A stretch of DNA of 64,000 bases from Alphaproteobacteria bacterium. GTDB taxonomy: Bacteria > Pseudomonadota > Alphaproteobacteria > GM7ARS4 > G965262615. Positions 40,095 to 49,830 of the stretch are shown here, in pieces; the stretch's first letter is position 1, and every line of letters starts with the position of its first letter. The notes under the pieces are model-generated. The model did no database searches. It saw nothing but the letters and a program-made list of their open reading frames with translations, and was not told where the DNA came from. The stretch lies in the NCBI GenBank assembly GCA_965262615.1, contig OZ253545.1, positions 480,001 to 544,000 on the forward strand. Direction: 5' to 3'. The position numbers and the translations under genes were made by a program.

Positions 40095-40662
40095 TGAGAC
40101 ATCCCCACAGGATCTTTTCAGAAGACGCTTGAACATAGCCAGTGCTGTCTTTTGGGTGCAAATTGAGGTCATTGGTAATGCACATCTTGGTTCTTTTGAT
40201 GTGAGTGAAGACCAAATCCGCTTGTTGCATTCCATTTGCATGAATGGGCTTTTAGGTAATGCTGGCGTGTACAGAGATGTTGGGTTGCGTCCTTTGGGGA
40301 AGCATCCTCCGCCGTCCGCAAGGGATGTTCCGTCGTTGATGCGAGAATTTGTCGTGTCCGTCAATGACAAATTAGAGTCTGGCGACAATCCAATTTATGT
40401 GAGTGCTTTTGCCTTGTGGCGAATTAATTGGATTCATCCATTTTCCAATGGAAACGGACGGACAGCACGGTTGTTTTCTTATTTCGTCATGTGCATGTGT
40501 TCAGGAGGTCTCCTTAGGGGCAGTGGGAAAAATCTTGTTCCACATCAGCTGGGCGGTCCTCTTCGTGGGAAATATGTTGCCGCTTTGAGAGAGGCTGATG
40601 ATGGTGATTTAGTCCCCTTACAAGATCTTTTAGCTGATGCCTTGAGTAAACAGCTAAAATAG
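40087..40662 (+). CDS. Fic/Doc family protein
   Basis: IRLLH, AGVYR, WIHPFSNGNGRTAR, YVAALREAD. Confidence 0.9.
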   Translation: MVDETSPQDLFRRRLNIASAVFWVQIEVIGNAHLGSFDVSEDQIRLLHSICMNGLLGNAGVYRDVGLRPLGKHPPPSARDVPSLMREFVVSVNDKLESGDNPIYVSAFALWRINWIHPFSNGNGRTARLFSYFVMCMCSGGLLRGSGKNLVPHQLGGPLRGKYVAALREADDGDLVPLQDLLADALSKQLK

Positions 40663-40676
40663 CATTAGAAAGGCGA

Positions 40677-42143
40677 TTGATGTTTAATCAAGTCGCCCAG
40701 CGTTATCGTCTGTTGGACAATGAGGGGATGCGTCATTGCGAGGCGGCTGCCATCAGGGAGGGTGTGTCCGAAGATTCTTTGATGGAGGCGGCGGGTGCGG
40801 CGGTGGCGTTTGAGACCCACAACAAATTTCCGCACGGCAGCATTCTGATTTTGTGTGGTGGCGGCAATAATGGCGGTGATGGATTGGTGGCGGCGCGTCA
40901 TTTGTGTCACAAACAACGGAATGTGGATGTGGTGTTGCTCACCGAGCCGCGTGATGATAGCGCGGCGGTGCACGCGTTGGAACTCTATCGCCAAGAAGGA
41001 GGAACGATAAACAAGAATGAAAACGCGCCGTCTCTCATGGCATCGGCGGCGGTGATTGTGGATGCTTTGTGGGGCACGGGTCTGAATCGTGCGGTGAGCG
41101 GTGAGGGCGCGCGCTGGATTGATGATGTCAATGAAGCGCGTGTGCCAGTGGTGGCGGTGGATATGCCCAGTGGCATCAATGGCGATAGCGGACGCATCAT
41201 GGGAGACCATGCCATCAAGGCAACGGTTACGGTGACTTTTGCCAAGAAGAAACTAGCCCATTGTTTGTTGCCCGGTCGCCATCATGCGGGCGAGGTGGTG
41301 GTGGCGGACATTGGCATTTCCCAAGAGGCGATGGCGGCGGTGGCATCACAGTTTTATGACAATGATGCCGAGCTGTGGCGGCATCATCGGCGGGCGTTTG
41401 CATGGCATGACCATAAATACACGCGCGGCATGGCATTGCTGAAAAGCGGCGCGTCCATGGCAGGAGCTGTGAATTTGGCGGCGCGCGGAGCATTGGCGAG
41501 TGGTGCAGGCATGGTTGCCATTGAGGGTGATGCTCATGATGGACGCAATGATGAGGTGGTGCGTTTGGCGGCAAACGATTCAATGGCGGCGCGTGCTTCG
41601 GCTGTTTTGTTTGGCAGTGGCTGCCTGCCATCGGATGACACGCGCCAGCGCGCATTGGATGCCCTGACATCACCCACACCGTTGGTGCTGGACGGCGGTG
41701 CATTGACCGCCCTGACAATGGACGATGTGCAAAAAGCGCGCCATCCCCATGATGGGGATGGTGTGCTGACACCGCACGAGGGTGAGTTTCGCTCATTGTT
41801 TGCTTCCATTGCCGATGCGGAATTATCCAAAGCACACGGTGCGCTGCAGGCGGCTCAAGAGACGGGCATGGTGGTGGTGCGCAAGGGCAGTGACACGGTG
41901 ATTGCCTCTGCTGACGGCATGTGTGTCATCAATCGCCATGCTTCGCCGTCATTGGCGCGTGCGGGCAGTGGGGATGTTTTGGCGGGGCTGATTACGGGAT
42001 TGATGGCTCAAGGCATGATGCCTTTTGTCGCCGCCTGTTATGGTGTCTATTGGCATGGGGTGGCGGCGCGTGGCTGTGATTTTATTGGACAATTGCCCGA
42101 TGCCATCGCCACGCGGCTGTCTTGCTATCATGGCACGGCTTGA
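40677..42143 (+). CDS. nnr: bifunctional NAD(P)HX epimerase/dehydratase (NnrE-NnrD)
   Basis: [50 protein letters not shown]. Confidence 0.92.
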   Translation: MMFNQVAQRYRLLDNEGMRHCEAAAIREGVSEDSLMEAAGAAVAFETHNKFPHGSILILCGGGNNGGDGLVAARHLCHKQRNVDVVLLTEPRDDSAAVHALELYRQEGGTINKNENAPSLMASAAVIVDALWGTGLNRAVSGEGARWIDDVNEARVPVVAVDMPSGINGDSGRIMGDHAIKATVTVTFAKKKLAHCLLPGRHHAGEVVVADIGISQEAMAAVASQFYDNDAELWRHHRRAFAWHDHKYTRGMALLKSGASMAGAVNLAARGALASGAGMVAIEGDAHDGRNDEVVRLAANDSMAARASAVLFGSGCLPSDDTRQRALDALTSPTPLVLDGGALTALTMDDVQKARHPHDGDGVLTPHEGEFRSLFASIADAELSKAHGALQAAQETGMVVVRKGSDTVIASADGMCVINRHASPSLARAGSGDVLAGLITGLMAQGMMPFVAACYGVYWHGVAARGCDFIGQLPDAIATRLSCYHGTA

Positions 42144-42156
42144 TTACAATCGCCTC

Positions 42157-43119
42157 ATGGATGATGTTACCGCTCATGATGAGGTCACGCGCTTTGATTG
42201 GCACGCCTCCGACATTCAAGACATTTTGCAACAACCCCTTTTGTCGCTGATTGATCGCGCTCGCGCCGTGCACTTGCGTTTTCACGAGGGTGATGATATA
42301 CAGCGCGCCTCTTTGTTGAGTGTGAAAACGGGAGGCTGTCCTGAGGATTGTCGCTATTGTTCGCAATCGGCGCACTATGAGACGGATGTGGACAAGCAAT
42401 CATTCTTGGATGTGGATGATGTGCTGGCTTCGGCGCGGCGCGCGGGCAACGCGGGGGCGACACGATTTTGCATGGGTGCGGCGTGGCGGTCGGTCAAAGA
42501 GGGCAAGGAATTTGACGCGCTGCTTGCCATGATCAAAGGGGTGCGGCGATTGGGAATGGAGGCGTGCGTGACGCTTGGCATGGTCAATGAGTCGCAAGCT
42601 CGGCGGCTCAAAGAGGCGGGGCTGACGGCGTATAATCACAACATTGATACTTCCCCTGAATTTTATGATTCCATCATCACGACTCGTCGGTTTGATGACC
42701 GTCTGCACACTTTGCGTGTGGTGCGGGATGCGGGGCTTGAGGTGTGTTCGGGCGGCATTGTGGGGCTGGGAGAATCGTGGGAGGATCGCGCCTCTATGTT
42801 GGCGGTGCTGGCATCTTTGAATCCCCATCCCGAGAGTGTTCCCATCAATGCGTTGGTGGCGGTTGAGGGCACGCCCTTGCAGGATGCACCGCCTGTGGAT
42901 GATTTTGTCATGGTGCGGATGGTGGCGGCGGCGCGCATCACCATGCCTGAGTCGCGCGTGCGTCTTTCGGCGGGACGCAAAAACATGAGCAAAGCCGCCC
43001 AGACGCTTTGTTTTTTGGCGGGAGCGAACTCTATTTTTTATGGCGACCAGTTGCTCACCACCGCCAACAATGACGCCCTTGACGACCAAGACCTCTTTGC
43101 TGAGCTGGGGCTGCACTGA
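42157..43119 (+). CDS. bioB: biotin synthase
   Basis: [43 protein letters not shown]. Confidence 0.96.
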   Translation: MDDVTAHDEVTRFDWHASDIQDILQQPLLSLIDRARAVHLRFHEGDDIQRASLLSVKTGGCPEDCRYCSQSAHYETDVDKQSFLDVDDVLASARRAGNAGATRFCMGAAWRSVKEGKEFDALLAMIKGVRRLGMEACVTLGMVNESQARRLKEAGLTAYNHNIDTSPEFYDSIITTRRFDDRLHTLRVVRDAGLEVCSGGIVGLGESWEDRASMLAVLASLNPHPESVPINALVAVEGTPLQDAPPVDDFVMVRMVAAARITMPESRVRLSAGRKNMSKAAQTLCFLAGANSIFYGDQLLTTANNDALDDQDLFAELGLH

Positions 43120-43262
43120 ATCCACATTGTTTGCGCGTTTTCGCGTGTGATATTTTGGCATGAACGGTCACTATTGATTAGACCGTTTACTCCTCCGGCG
43201 GTCGCGTTCCGTGTAGAGAGTATTCTCTGCATGGAACGTTGGAATTTTTTTTGCGAGATGTC

Positions 43263-43739
43263 ATGACCCAACAACGCCCCATTGATTTGATTTTGAGCGA
43301 GCTCGGTGCCACCATGGGCATGGAGAATTTGACCTTTGATGAAAACGGCGGCTGCATCCTGCAGTTTGATGAAACCATGAATGTCCTGCTACTGTATGAG
43401 GGCAACAGTGAGGTGTTGTATTTGTTTAGTTTTGTGGGCGAGATTCCCGAGGGCAAGGAATCTGTGGTGATGCGTCATTTGTTGGAAGCCAACTATCGCT
43501 GGGAGGGCAGTGGCGGGGCGACATTGAGTCTGCGAAAAGATGAGGGCAATGTGGTGTTGACTCATAAGTTGTTGGTCGCCTCCTTGACGCGCGAGGCACT
43601 GGAGCAGACCCTCAGCGAATTTGTGACGGCGTTGGAGAAATGGATGAGCTATCTGGGTGACAGTGATGGTGTCACGGCGGATGTTCAGGCATCAAGGTCA
43701 CCCAACGGCGTGCCGCCCTCCGCCATGATCAGAGCCTAA
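43263..43739 (+). CDS. CesT/Tir-chaperone family (type III secretion class I chaperone fold)
   Basis: Acidic ~160 aa; LTFDENGGCIL.FD, LLEANY...SGGATL, C-terminal helix EFVTALEKW. Confidence 0.75.
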   Translation: MTQQRPIDLILSELGATMGMENLTFDENGGCILQFDETMNVLLLYEGNSEVLYLFSFVGEIPEGKESVVMRHLLEANYRWEGSGGATLSLRKDEGNVVLTHKLLVASLTREALEQTLSEFVTALEKWMSYLGDSDGVTADVQASRSPNGVPPSAMIRA

Positions 43740-43856
43740 TTTTTGTGGCAGTCCCATTCGCCTCAATTTTCCTGTTGATAAGTTGTTGATGACTATTGAC
43801 AAATTGCGAAGAGGTGCAATATCCTAAACCCCAGTTTCAATGGAGGGAGTGCTGAC

Positions 43857-44033
43857 ATGAAAGAAAGAAAGCATGATACAAAGCAACAAAATAGCGAATA
43901 TGACATTCGCCGTTGGAAGCCGACACCGTATCCCATGACGAAGCGTTTGGGCGAGCCTCGTCGCTCCAATGATTACGGGCATCTGATTGTGCAGTCTTGG
44001 GATGATGGTTATGGAAGAAAGCCCAAGAGCTGA
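43857..44033 (+). CDS. 58-aa small ORF (absent from the ORF track)
   Basis: GGAGGGAG RBS then MKERKHDTKQ...GRKPKS*; overlaps the protease start; TTGACA at 43796. Confidence 0.5.
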   Translation: MKERKHDTKQQNSEYDIRRWKPTPYPMTKRLGEPRRSNDYGHLIVQSWDDGYGRKPKS

Positions 44034-44850
44034 TTTCTTTCCAAGAACCAACCGTCTTCCAGATCATTCACCTAAATATTGGGCAAGGAACAAGGATCGT
44101 TTTTTGCGCCAGTTGTTGGTGTCCGACATTGAGAAAGAGACAGAGCGTCCTTTGGTTGTTTATTTTGCTTCTGCCAACGAAAGCATCAATGGACACGATG
44201 CGAGCATCAATCGTTACGATGTTGAGGATTTGTATGAGGTCACAAAAAAAATTGAAAAGAGTAAAGAGATTGATTTGTTTCTGCAAACATTTGGTGGGGA
44301 TGTTGATGCCACAGAGAAAATTATTAAATTTCTGCGGGAGCGTTTCAGAAGTTATAGGGTAGTTGTTCCCAATTGGGCGAAAAGCGGTGGAACGCTGATC
44401 GCTTTAGCGGCAGAAAAAATCATTATGGGGACAATATCGGAATTGGGTCCCATTGACCCTCAGGACGGTGGTTTTCCATGCGAATTGTTGGAAAAAGATA
44501 AGAAACTTCCTTTTTATGAACGGGAATCTATGAAATTGACAGTAGAGAGGGTTAAAAATCTTGCTCAGGGGTATCTTGATGGTAAAGTAGAGAGTGGGAA
44601 ACTTAAGGATGTCGTAGAAAAAATAGCATCTCCATATAGTTATGGCTCTCATGCGGCGGTTATTGATTTTCATGAGGCAAAAGAAATTGGCTTGCATGTG
44701 GATTTATTAAATGAAGATAATCCGTTGTGGCAGAAAATTTGGTTTTTATACTGTCTCTACGATGTGGATATGCGTAATTCTGGTCTGGCAAGGATATGTG
44801 AGACAAGTCGTTACAGCATTGCTCGTCGTCTTCCGCCCCCGCGTAAATAA
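44011..44850 (+). CDS. SDH-family ClpP/crotonase-fold serine protease
   Basis: DLFLQTFGG, VPNWAKSGGTLIAL, SELGPIDPQ, SH..I..EA..IGL; AT-rich. Confidence 0.82.
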   Translation: MEESPRADFFPRTNRLPDHSPKYWARNKDRFLRQLLVSDIEKETERPLVVYFASANESINGHDASINRYDVEDLYEVTKKIEKSKEIDLFLQTFGGDVDATEKIIKFLRERFRSYRVVVPNWAKSGGTLIALAAEKIIMGTISELGPIDPQDGGFPCELLEKDKKLPFYERESMKLTVERVKNLAQGYLDGKVESGKLKDVVEKIASPYSYGSHAAVIDFHEAKEIGLHVDLLNEDNPLWQKIWFLYCLYDVDMRNSGLARICETSRYSIARRLPPPRK

Positions 44851-45146
44851 TCTTGCCGATGGCGGCACATTGTTTGAGAGTGGCATCATTGATTCCTCAC
44901 TGATTGTCTCGCTACTCCGTGTCTTTTACTCATCAGCGAGGATGACATCATCCACAGCAATGCCATCAAAAGATGGGCTTTTTACTAGAGATTTCTCGCA
45001 ACACTCCATAAAGATTGCACACCTCAAGACGCACATACCAAAGCAGTTGTTTCTTCATAGTTCTACCTCGCCCATCCCTCAAACCGAAAACAAAAGCCAC
45101 AAAAAAATAAAGTGACATAATGACAAAAAAACACTACAATAAAACC

Positions 45147-45395
45147 ATGATGACCGACAGAAGATCCATGCTTTTGGCAAATTTTGATGCCTTTCAAAAG
45201 ATGTCCGCTCAATTCAAAAAAGAAGACAAGGGCAAGTATGTGCTTCTGCGTGATCAAAAACTCATCGGCGTTTTTGATACCGCCAGCCTCGCCCACAAAC
45301 ACGCCCTTGAGACCTACGATGACGACAATTACAGCTTTCAAGAAATTGGAGGCGAGCCAATTGAGATTCCTTTGTTCCGTGTCATCTCTGCTTAA
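45147..45395 (+). CDS. small DUF5678-like protein
   Basis: NFDAF, GKYVLLRDQKLIGVFDT pattern; start chosen from promoter GTGACA-17-TACAAT-6-ATG (alternative 45120). Confidence 0.65.
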   Translation: MMTDRRSMLLANFDAFQKMSAQFKKEDKGKYVLLRDQKLIGVFDTASLAHKHALETYDDDNYSFQEIGGEPIEIPLFRVISA

Positions 45396-45400
45396 TCAGC

Positions 45401-45823
45401 ATGGCTCTTCTTAAAATTCAATTTGACCTTCAAAAAGGGGTCACTATTCCAGTGTTCATTGCAACAGCTAAAGACGCTGTTGGAATTGAGATTAAAGAGA
45501 AAGACATCAAAACAATGCCAAAGTTTAACGGTCTCATAGATACAGGAGCTTCTCGAAGCTGTGTCAGCAAAAGACTTGCCAAAGCATTAAAACTTAAGTC
45601 ATCAGGGGTGATACCAATGCTGACCGCATCAGAAAAAGTGAGGGTGGAGACTTACTTTGTCACTTTCATAATACCAATGGTGAATTCCTTCCGTATTTTT
45701 GAAAAAATTGAAGTGGCTGAATACGGAGGAGGGAAAAGTCACGATGTGCTACTGGGGCGCGATATTCTCATGAAAGGAATCTTCCAAACCGATTGGAGCG
45801 GGCAAGCCATTCTCGGCTTTTGA
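45401..45823 (+). CDS. retropepsin-like (clan AA) aspartyl protease
   Basis: LIDTGASRSC and LLGRDIL motifs in 140 aa. Confidence 0.85.
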   Translation: MALLKIQFDLQKGVTIPVFIATAKDAVGIEIKEKDIKTMPKFNGLIDTGASRSCVSKRLAKALKLKSSGVIPMLTASEKVRVETYFVTFIIPMVNSFRIFEKIEVAEYGGGKSHDVLLGRDILMKGIFQTDWSGQAILGF

Positions 45824-45923
45824 AACAACCTGAGGCTTTATCTCAATTCGTAAATAATCTTGCTCACGGCGGCGGCTTGCTTTAGAGTGATGCCATTGAT
45901 GCCTTCTTGATTGTCTCTGCTCC

Positions 45924-47915
45924 GTGTCTTCTGTTTCCACCCGCTCTCTTGCCAATGCCATTCGGATTTTGTCTGCCGATGGTGTGGAGCGCGCCGCCTC
46001 GGGTCATCCGGGGTTGCCGCTGGGCATGGCGGATGTGGTGACGGTGCTTTTTCGTGACTATCTCAAGCAGGATGCCGCCGCGCCCCACTGGCACAATCGC
46101 GATCGTTTTGTGTTGTCGGCAGGACACGGCTCCATGTTGCTCTACAGCGTGGCGCATCTGTTGGGGCATGAGGATGTGCCACTGGAGGTGTTGAAGAATT
46201 TTCGCGCTCTTCATAGCCCCACCGCCGGTCATCCCGAATACGGCTTGTTGCACTGTGTGGAGACCACCACAGGACCTCTTGCCCAAGGCTTTGCCAATGG
46301 GGTGGGCATGGCAATCGCCGAGCGATGGATGGCGCATCACTGGAGGGAAAACCTCATTGACCATCACTGTTATGTGGTGGTGGGCGATGGCTGTTTGATG
46401 GAGGGATTGTCGCATGAGGCGGCATCGCTGGCGGGACATCTCAATCTGCGGCGGCTGATTGTGTTGTTTGACGATAATGGCATCTCCATTGATGGCTCGG
46501 TGCGGCTTGCCTCCAGCGATGACCATCGCGCCCGTTTTGAATCCTACGGCTGGCAGGTGCTGGACGGCGATGGTCATGATGAAGTCGCCATCAAAGCCAT
46601 GCTGGATGAGGCCCATCGCAGTGAGCGTCCCTCTTTGCTGGCGTGTCGCACTCACATTGGCTATGGCGCGCCGCATAAACAGGGCAGTGAAACGGCTCAC
46701 GGCGCACCACTGGGAAGCGATGAGGTCGCCGCTCTGCGCGAGCAACTGGAGTGGCATCACAAGGAAGCATTTTTCATTCCCGATGACATCAAACGCGCAT
46801 GGCGCGCCATCGGCGCACAGCATCACGACACTCACTTGGCGTGGAAGAAAAAACTCAGCAACCACCCTCAAGCCGACCAATTCAAACAGATGATGGACAA
46901 TCCTCTTGGGGACGATTGGCGCACAGTCATTCATCGGTTCAAAAAGCAACCCATGAAAGCCATCGCCACTCGCAAGAGCTCACAGCAGCTGTTGTCTCAA
47001 TTGACAAAAACGCTGCCCAATCTCATCGGCGGCTCGGCGGATTTGACCGAGTCCAACGGTGTCAAAGGAGACGCTCAAGCCGTCATCACGGGCACTCATC
47101 GCAACGGTCAGTTCATTCATTACGGCATTCGCGAGATGGGCATGGCGGCGGTGATGAACGGCTTGGCACTCTATGGGGGTTTGCGTCCTTATGGCGGCAG
47201 CTTTCTTGTGTTCACCGATTACGCCCGCCCCGCCATGCGCTTGTCAGCCCTGATGGGACTGGGGGTGATTTATGTCATGACGCACGATTCCATCGGCGTG
47301 GGTGAGGATGGTCCCACCCATCAGCCCATTGAGCATTTGGCATCGTTGCGCGCCATTCCCAATATGCTGGTGCTGCGTCCGATGGATGGCGTGGAGATGG
47401 CGGAATGTTGGGAAATCGCCTTGCAAAATGACACCCGTCCATCGGTGTTGGTGCTCACACGGCAGGATGTTCCCGTCATCAGAGACAAAGCCACGCCCGA
47501 TAATCTCGCCGCCAAAGGAGCATATGTCGTGCGGGAAAATGACACCGCCCAATTGACTCTGCTCGCCACAGGCTCGGAAGTCGCCATCGCCATCGCCGCC
47601 CATGAGGAGCTTTTGAAACATTCAATCGCTTCTCGGGTGGTCTCCATGCCCTGCTGGGAATTGTTTGAAGAATGTCATGATGACCAGCAAAAAGCCGCGC
47701 TGCTGGGGAAAAATCACAAACGCATCGCCATTGAAGCCGCCGCCTCGCAAGGGTGGGATCGCTACCTGCACGGATTGCAAAGCGGCGGCGGCGCATTCAT
47801 CGGCATGAATCGGTTTGGCGCATCAGCAACCGCACAGAAATTGTTTGACCATTTTGATATCACGACTCAACACACCGTGAATATCGCTCAGAAGCTGTTA
47901 GATCGTGTCGTTTAA
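45924..47915 (+). CDS. tkt: transketolase
   Basis: SGHPG, RDRFVLSAGHGSM, GDGCLMEG, THDSIGVGEDGPTHQP. Confidence 0.97.
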   Translation: MSSVSTRSLANAIRILSADGVERAASGHPGLPLGMADVVTVLFRDYLKQDAAAPHWHNRDRFVLSAGHGSMLLYSVAHLLGHEDVPLEVLKNFRALHSPTAGHPEYGLLHCVETTTGPLAQGFANGVGMAIAERWMAHHWRENLIDHHCYVVVGDGCLMEGLSHEAASLAGHLNLRRLIVLFDDNGISIDGSVRLASSDDHRARFESYGWQVLDGDGHDEVAIKAMLDEAHRSERPSLLACRTHIGYGAPHKQGSETAHGAPLGSDEVAALREQLEWHHKEAFFIPDDIKRAWRAIGAQHHDTHLAWKKKLSNHPQADQFKQMMDNPLGDDWRTVIHRFKKQPMKAIATRKSSQQLLSQLTKTLPNLIGGSADLTESNGVKGDAQAVITGTHRNGQFIHYGIREMGMAAVMNGLALYGGLRPYGGSFLVFTDYARPAMRLSALMGLGVIYVMTHDSIGVGEDGPTHQPIEHLASLRAIPNMLVLRPMDGVEMAECWEIALQNDTRPSVLVLTRQDVPVIRDKATPDNLAAKGAYVVRENDTAQLTLLATGSEVAIAIAAHEELLKHSIASRVVSMPCWELFEECHDDQQKAALLGKNHKRIAIEAAASQGWDRYLHGLQSGGGAFIGMNRFGASATAQKLFDHFDITTQHTVNIAQKLLDRVV

Positions 47916-47957
47916 TAACAGAAAATTCCTCGCGCGATTATAGAAAAAACAAGATGG

Positions 47958-48680
47958 CTAACTTAACGATTGTATAGGGGGCATCTCATCATATGTTCTG
48001 CCGTTCAAAAGCCTCCCCGTTAAATCCTTGCGAACGCCGCCCCATTGCTTGAAGAAAAATTTAACCTTGCTTTTTCTGCACTGCTTGCGGATAGACTCCA
48101 CCCAAGCTTTTCGCATCAAGCGAGCTCCCGTCCCCGACTCGCCGCCGACAATCACCCAATCAATGCCATTTAACTGAAGGTTTTCACAGTGACCAATCAA
48201 AGGCTCACAAGATAAAAAGCGCACATATGAAGGCACATGGTGCAAATCTTCTATCCTGTTATAAACGCTTTCATCCTCTACACTGACACCCATCCAGATG
48301 TTTGGTGTCCAAGTCAATTGCAAGGCATACGCCCTCAACCGAGAGCTTCTTTTTGTGAGAATTTGAAATGTGTGTTGCGGACATTCATTCATGGTCGCAA
48401 ACACTTTTTGAATGAATGACAAAGGCACTTCGGGATGAAATAAATCACTCATGGAATTGACAAAAACAATTCTCCCCTTTTTCCATCTTTTCGGCAGGTC
48501 AATTAAATCTTCGTGCAAGGTGACATCAAAGCCGTTGCGATAGCGTTTATTGCCCATGACATGCAATCTGGCAGCCATCCGATGAGCATAGCAATTTTTG
48601 CACCCCGCGGAAATCTTGTCGCATCCCGTCACTGGATTCCAAGTGACTTCCGTCCATTCAATTTTTGACAACGATGCCAT
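47958..48680 (-). CDS. phage Gp37/Gp68 (DUF5131) three-Cys radical SAM-like protein
   Basis: IEWTEVTWNPVTGCDKISAGCKNCYA, FVNSMSDLFH, SCEPL, VGGESG, FFKQWGG. Confidence 0.92.
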   Translation of the reverse strand: MASLSKIEWTEVTWNPVTGCDKISAGCKNCYAHRMAARLHVMGNKRYRNGFDVTLHEDLIDLPKRWKKGRIVFVNSMSDLFHPEVPLSFIQKVFATMNECPQHTFQILTKRSSRLRAYALQLTWTPNIWMGVSVEDESVYNRIEDLHHVPSYVRFLSCEPLIGHCENLQLNGIDWVIVGGESGTGARLMRKAWVESIRKQCRKSKVKFFFKQWGGVRKDLTGRLLNGRTYDEMPPIQSLS

Positions 48681-48683
48681 AAA

Positions 48684-49571
48684 TCATTCCCCCAAATTCA
48701 GTGACAGCTGTTGCCCTGATGATTCTTGGGAGCGTTCTCTCGGCTTAATAATATTATGCCGAGCTATGTTTTTTGCTATCTCAATAGCTCTAGGATTTTT
48801 GCTCCCAACACAAAAAATAAATTCAAACATGGCACTGTTTTTATCAGTTTTAAAAGTCTTGCTTTCCTCAAGCAATCTATTGCCAAATAAACTACGCAAT
48901 TGGTTTTTATAAAGATTGAGTATGCCCCTCACCCCTTCATCCATAATCACTTCATCATCGCCAAAAACATTTTGCTGAGGGTTGGTTTTATAAAAATTCT
49001 GCCAACTATTTCCACCAAAAATAAGCGTGAGTTTTTCTGCCCAAGTAGAATCAACATCCTCTGGCTTTTTTGTTCTAGGAATGATACGGGAAATTGCCAT
49101 GATTGGAAACAATATCCAAGTATCCAAAGCTTCATAGCTGGCAACTTCTTTCAAAGTAGAAAAATTCAATTGAGTCGCAAATGGATCAATAAACAGCACA
49201 CCTCTGTATTTTTTCCAATCTCTATTGAGATTTTTCAAAAACTCATTGGCATCTCCTTGAGAAATCTTTACACGCTCTTCATGGCCAAATCGTCCCTTAA
49301 GCCGTGCATGGGCTTCTATTTTCCACTCATTAAAAAGCAATTCATCAAATTGCCTATCTTTAATATCCAAAGCTATTTTTGGAGACCCCTTGATAAATTT
49401 TGACACACCGTCAGACTTTAACGGGACATATCCTGGTCCCGCAAAAGCATCTATGTAAATTAGACGAAAATACCGCCCTTTTTCGCTATTCAGCACTGTC
49501 GTGTATGCATCAAGATACTTGCCGAGTATCTTCAGCTTTTCCTCTGTCCATTCGCCACCGTATTCTTTCAT
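48684..49571 (-). CDS. tcmP: three-Cys-motif partner protein
   Basis: WTEEKL..L.KYL, YIDAFAGPG, GSP, GDAN, FIDPF; adjacent to DUF5131. Confidence 0.88.
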   Translation of the reverse strand: MKEYGGEWTEEKLKILGKYLDAYTTVLNSEKGRYFRLIYIDAFAGPGYVPLKSDGVSKFIKGSPKIALDIKDRQFDELLFNEWKIEAHARLKGRFGHEERVKISQGDANEFLKNLNRDWKKYRGVLFIDPFATQLNFSTLKEVASYEALDTWILFPIMAISRIIPRTKKPEDVDSTWAEKLTLIFGGNSWQNFYKTNPQQNVFGDDEVIMDEGVRGILNLYKNQLRSLFGNRLLEESKTFKTDKNSAMFEFIFCVGSKNPRAIEIAKNIARHNIIKPRERSQESSGQQLSLNLGE

Positions 49572-49638
49572 ATCGCCACCGATCAGAAATTTATGTTTTC
49601 ATTTTGTTCTATTTTTCATCCTTTGTCAATAGAAAAAC

Positions 49639-49664
49639 GCACCCCACAACCACCTTTTTTATTG
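49639..49664 (+). repeat. 26-bp dispersed element; inverted copy at 58043-58068
   Basis: GCACCCCACAACCACCTTTTTTATTG versus the reverse complement of CAATAAGAAAGGTGGTTGTGGGGTGC (25/26). Confidence 0.85.
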
Positions 49665-49830
49665 TCGCCGCCAAACAAACCCAAACCCAAATCTTGAATG
49701 TCGCTCGCAAGCTGTTGGATGGAGTTCAATTAAATTAACAAATTTATTTTGCAAAACAGTTCAAAAAGCTGTATAGTGGTGGCGTTCGTGTTTGTAAGAG
49801 ACACGTCACACTAACCGTCGGAGGTGCATC

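Larger units (their letters stand above)
39369..40098 (+). repeat. diverged ~363-bp tandem duplication (clpP 3' end, promoter region, small ORF, first codons of Fic)
   Basis: TGGTCACCAG..CGTCATTG at 39369 and 39732; CATGGTTGATGAGA ends both units. Confidence 0.9.

Noticed and set aside
44860-45110. Possible pseudogene between the protease and the DUF5678-like gene
   Set aside because: No frame gives a recognisable protein
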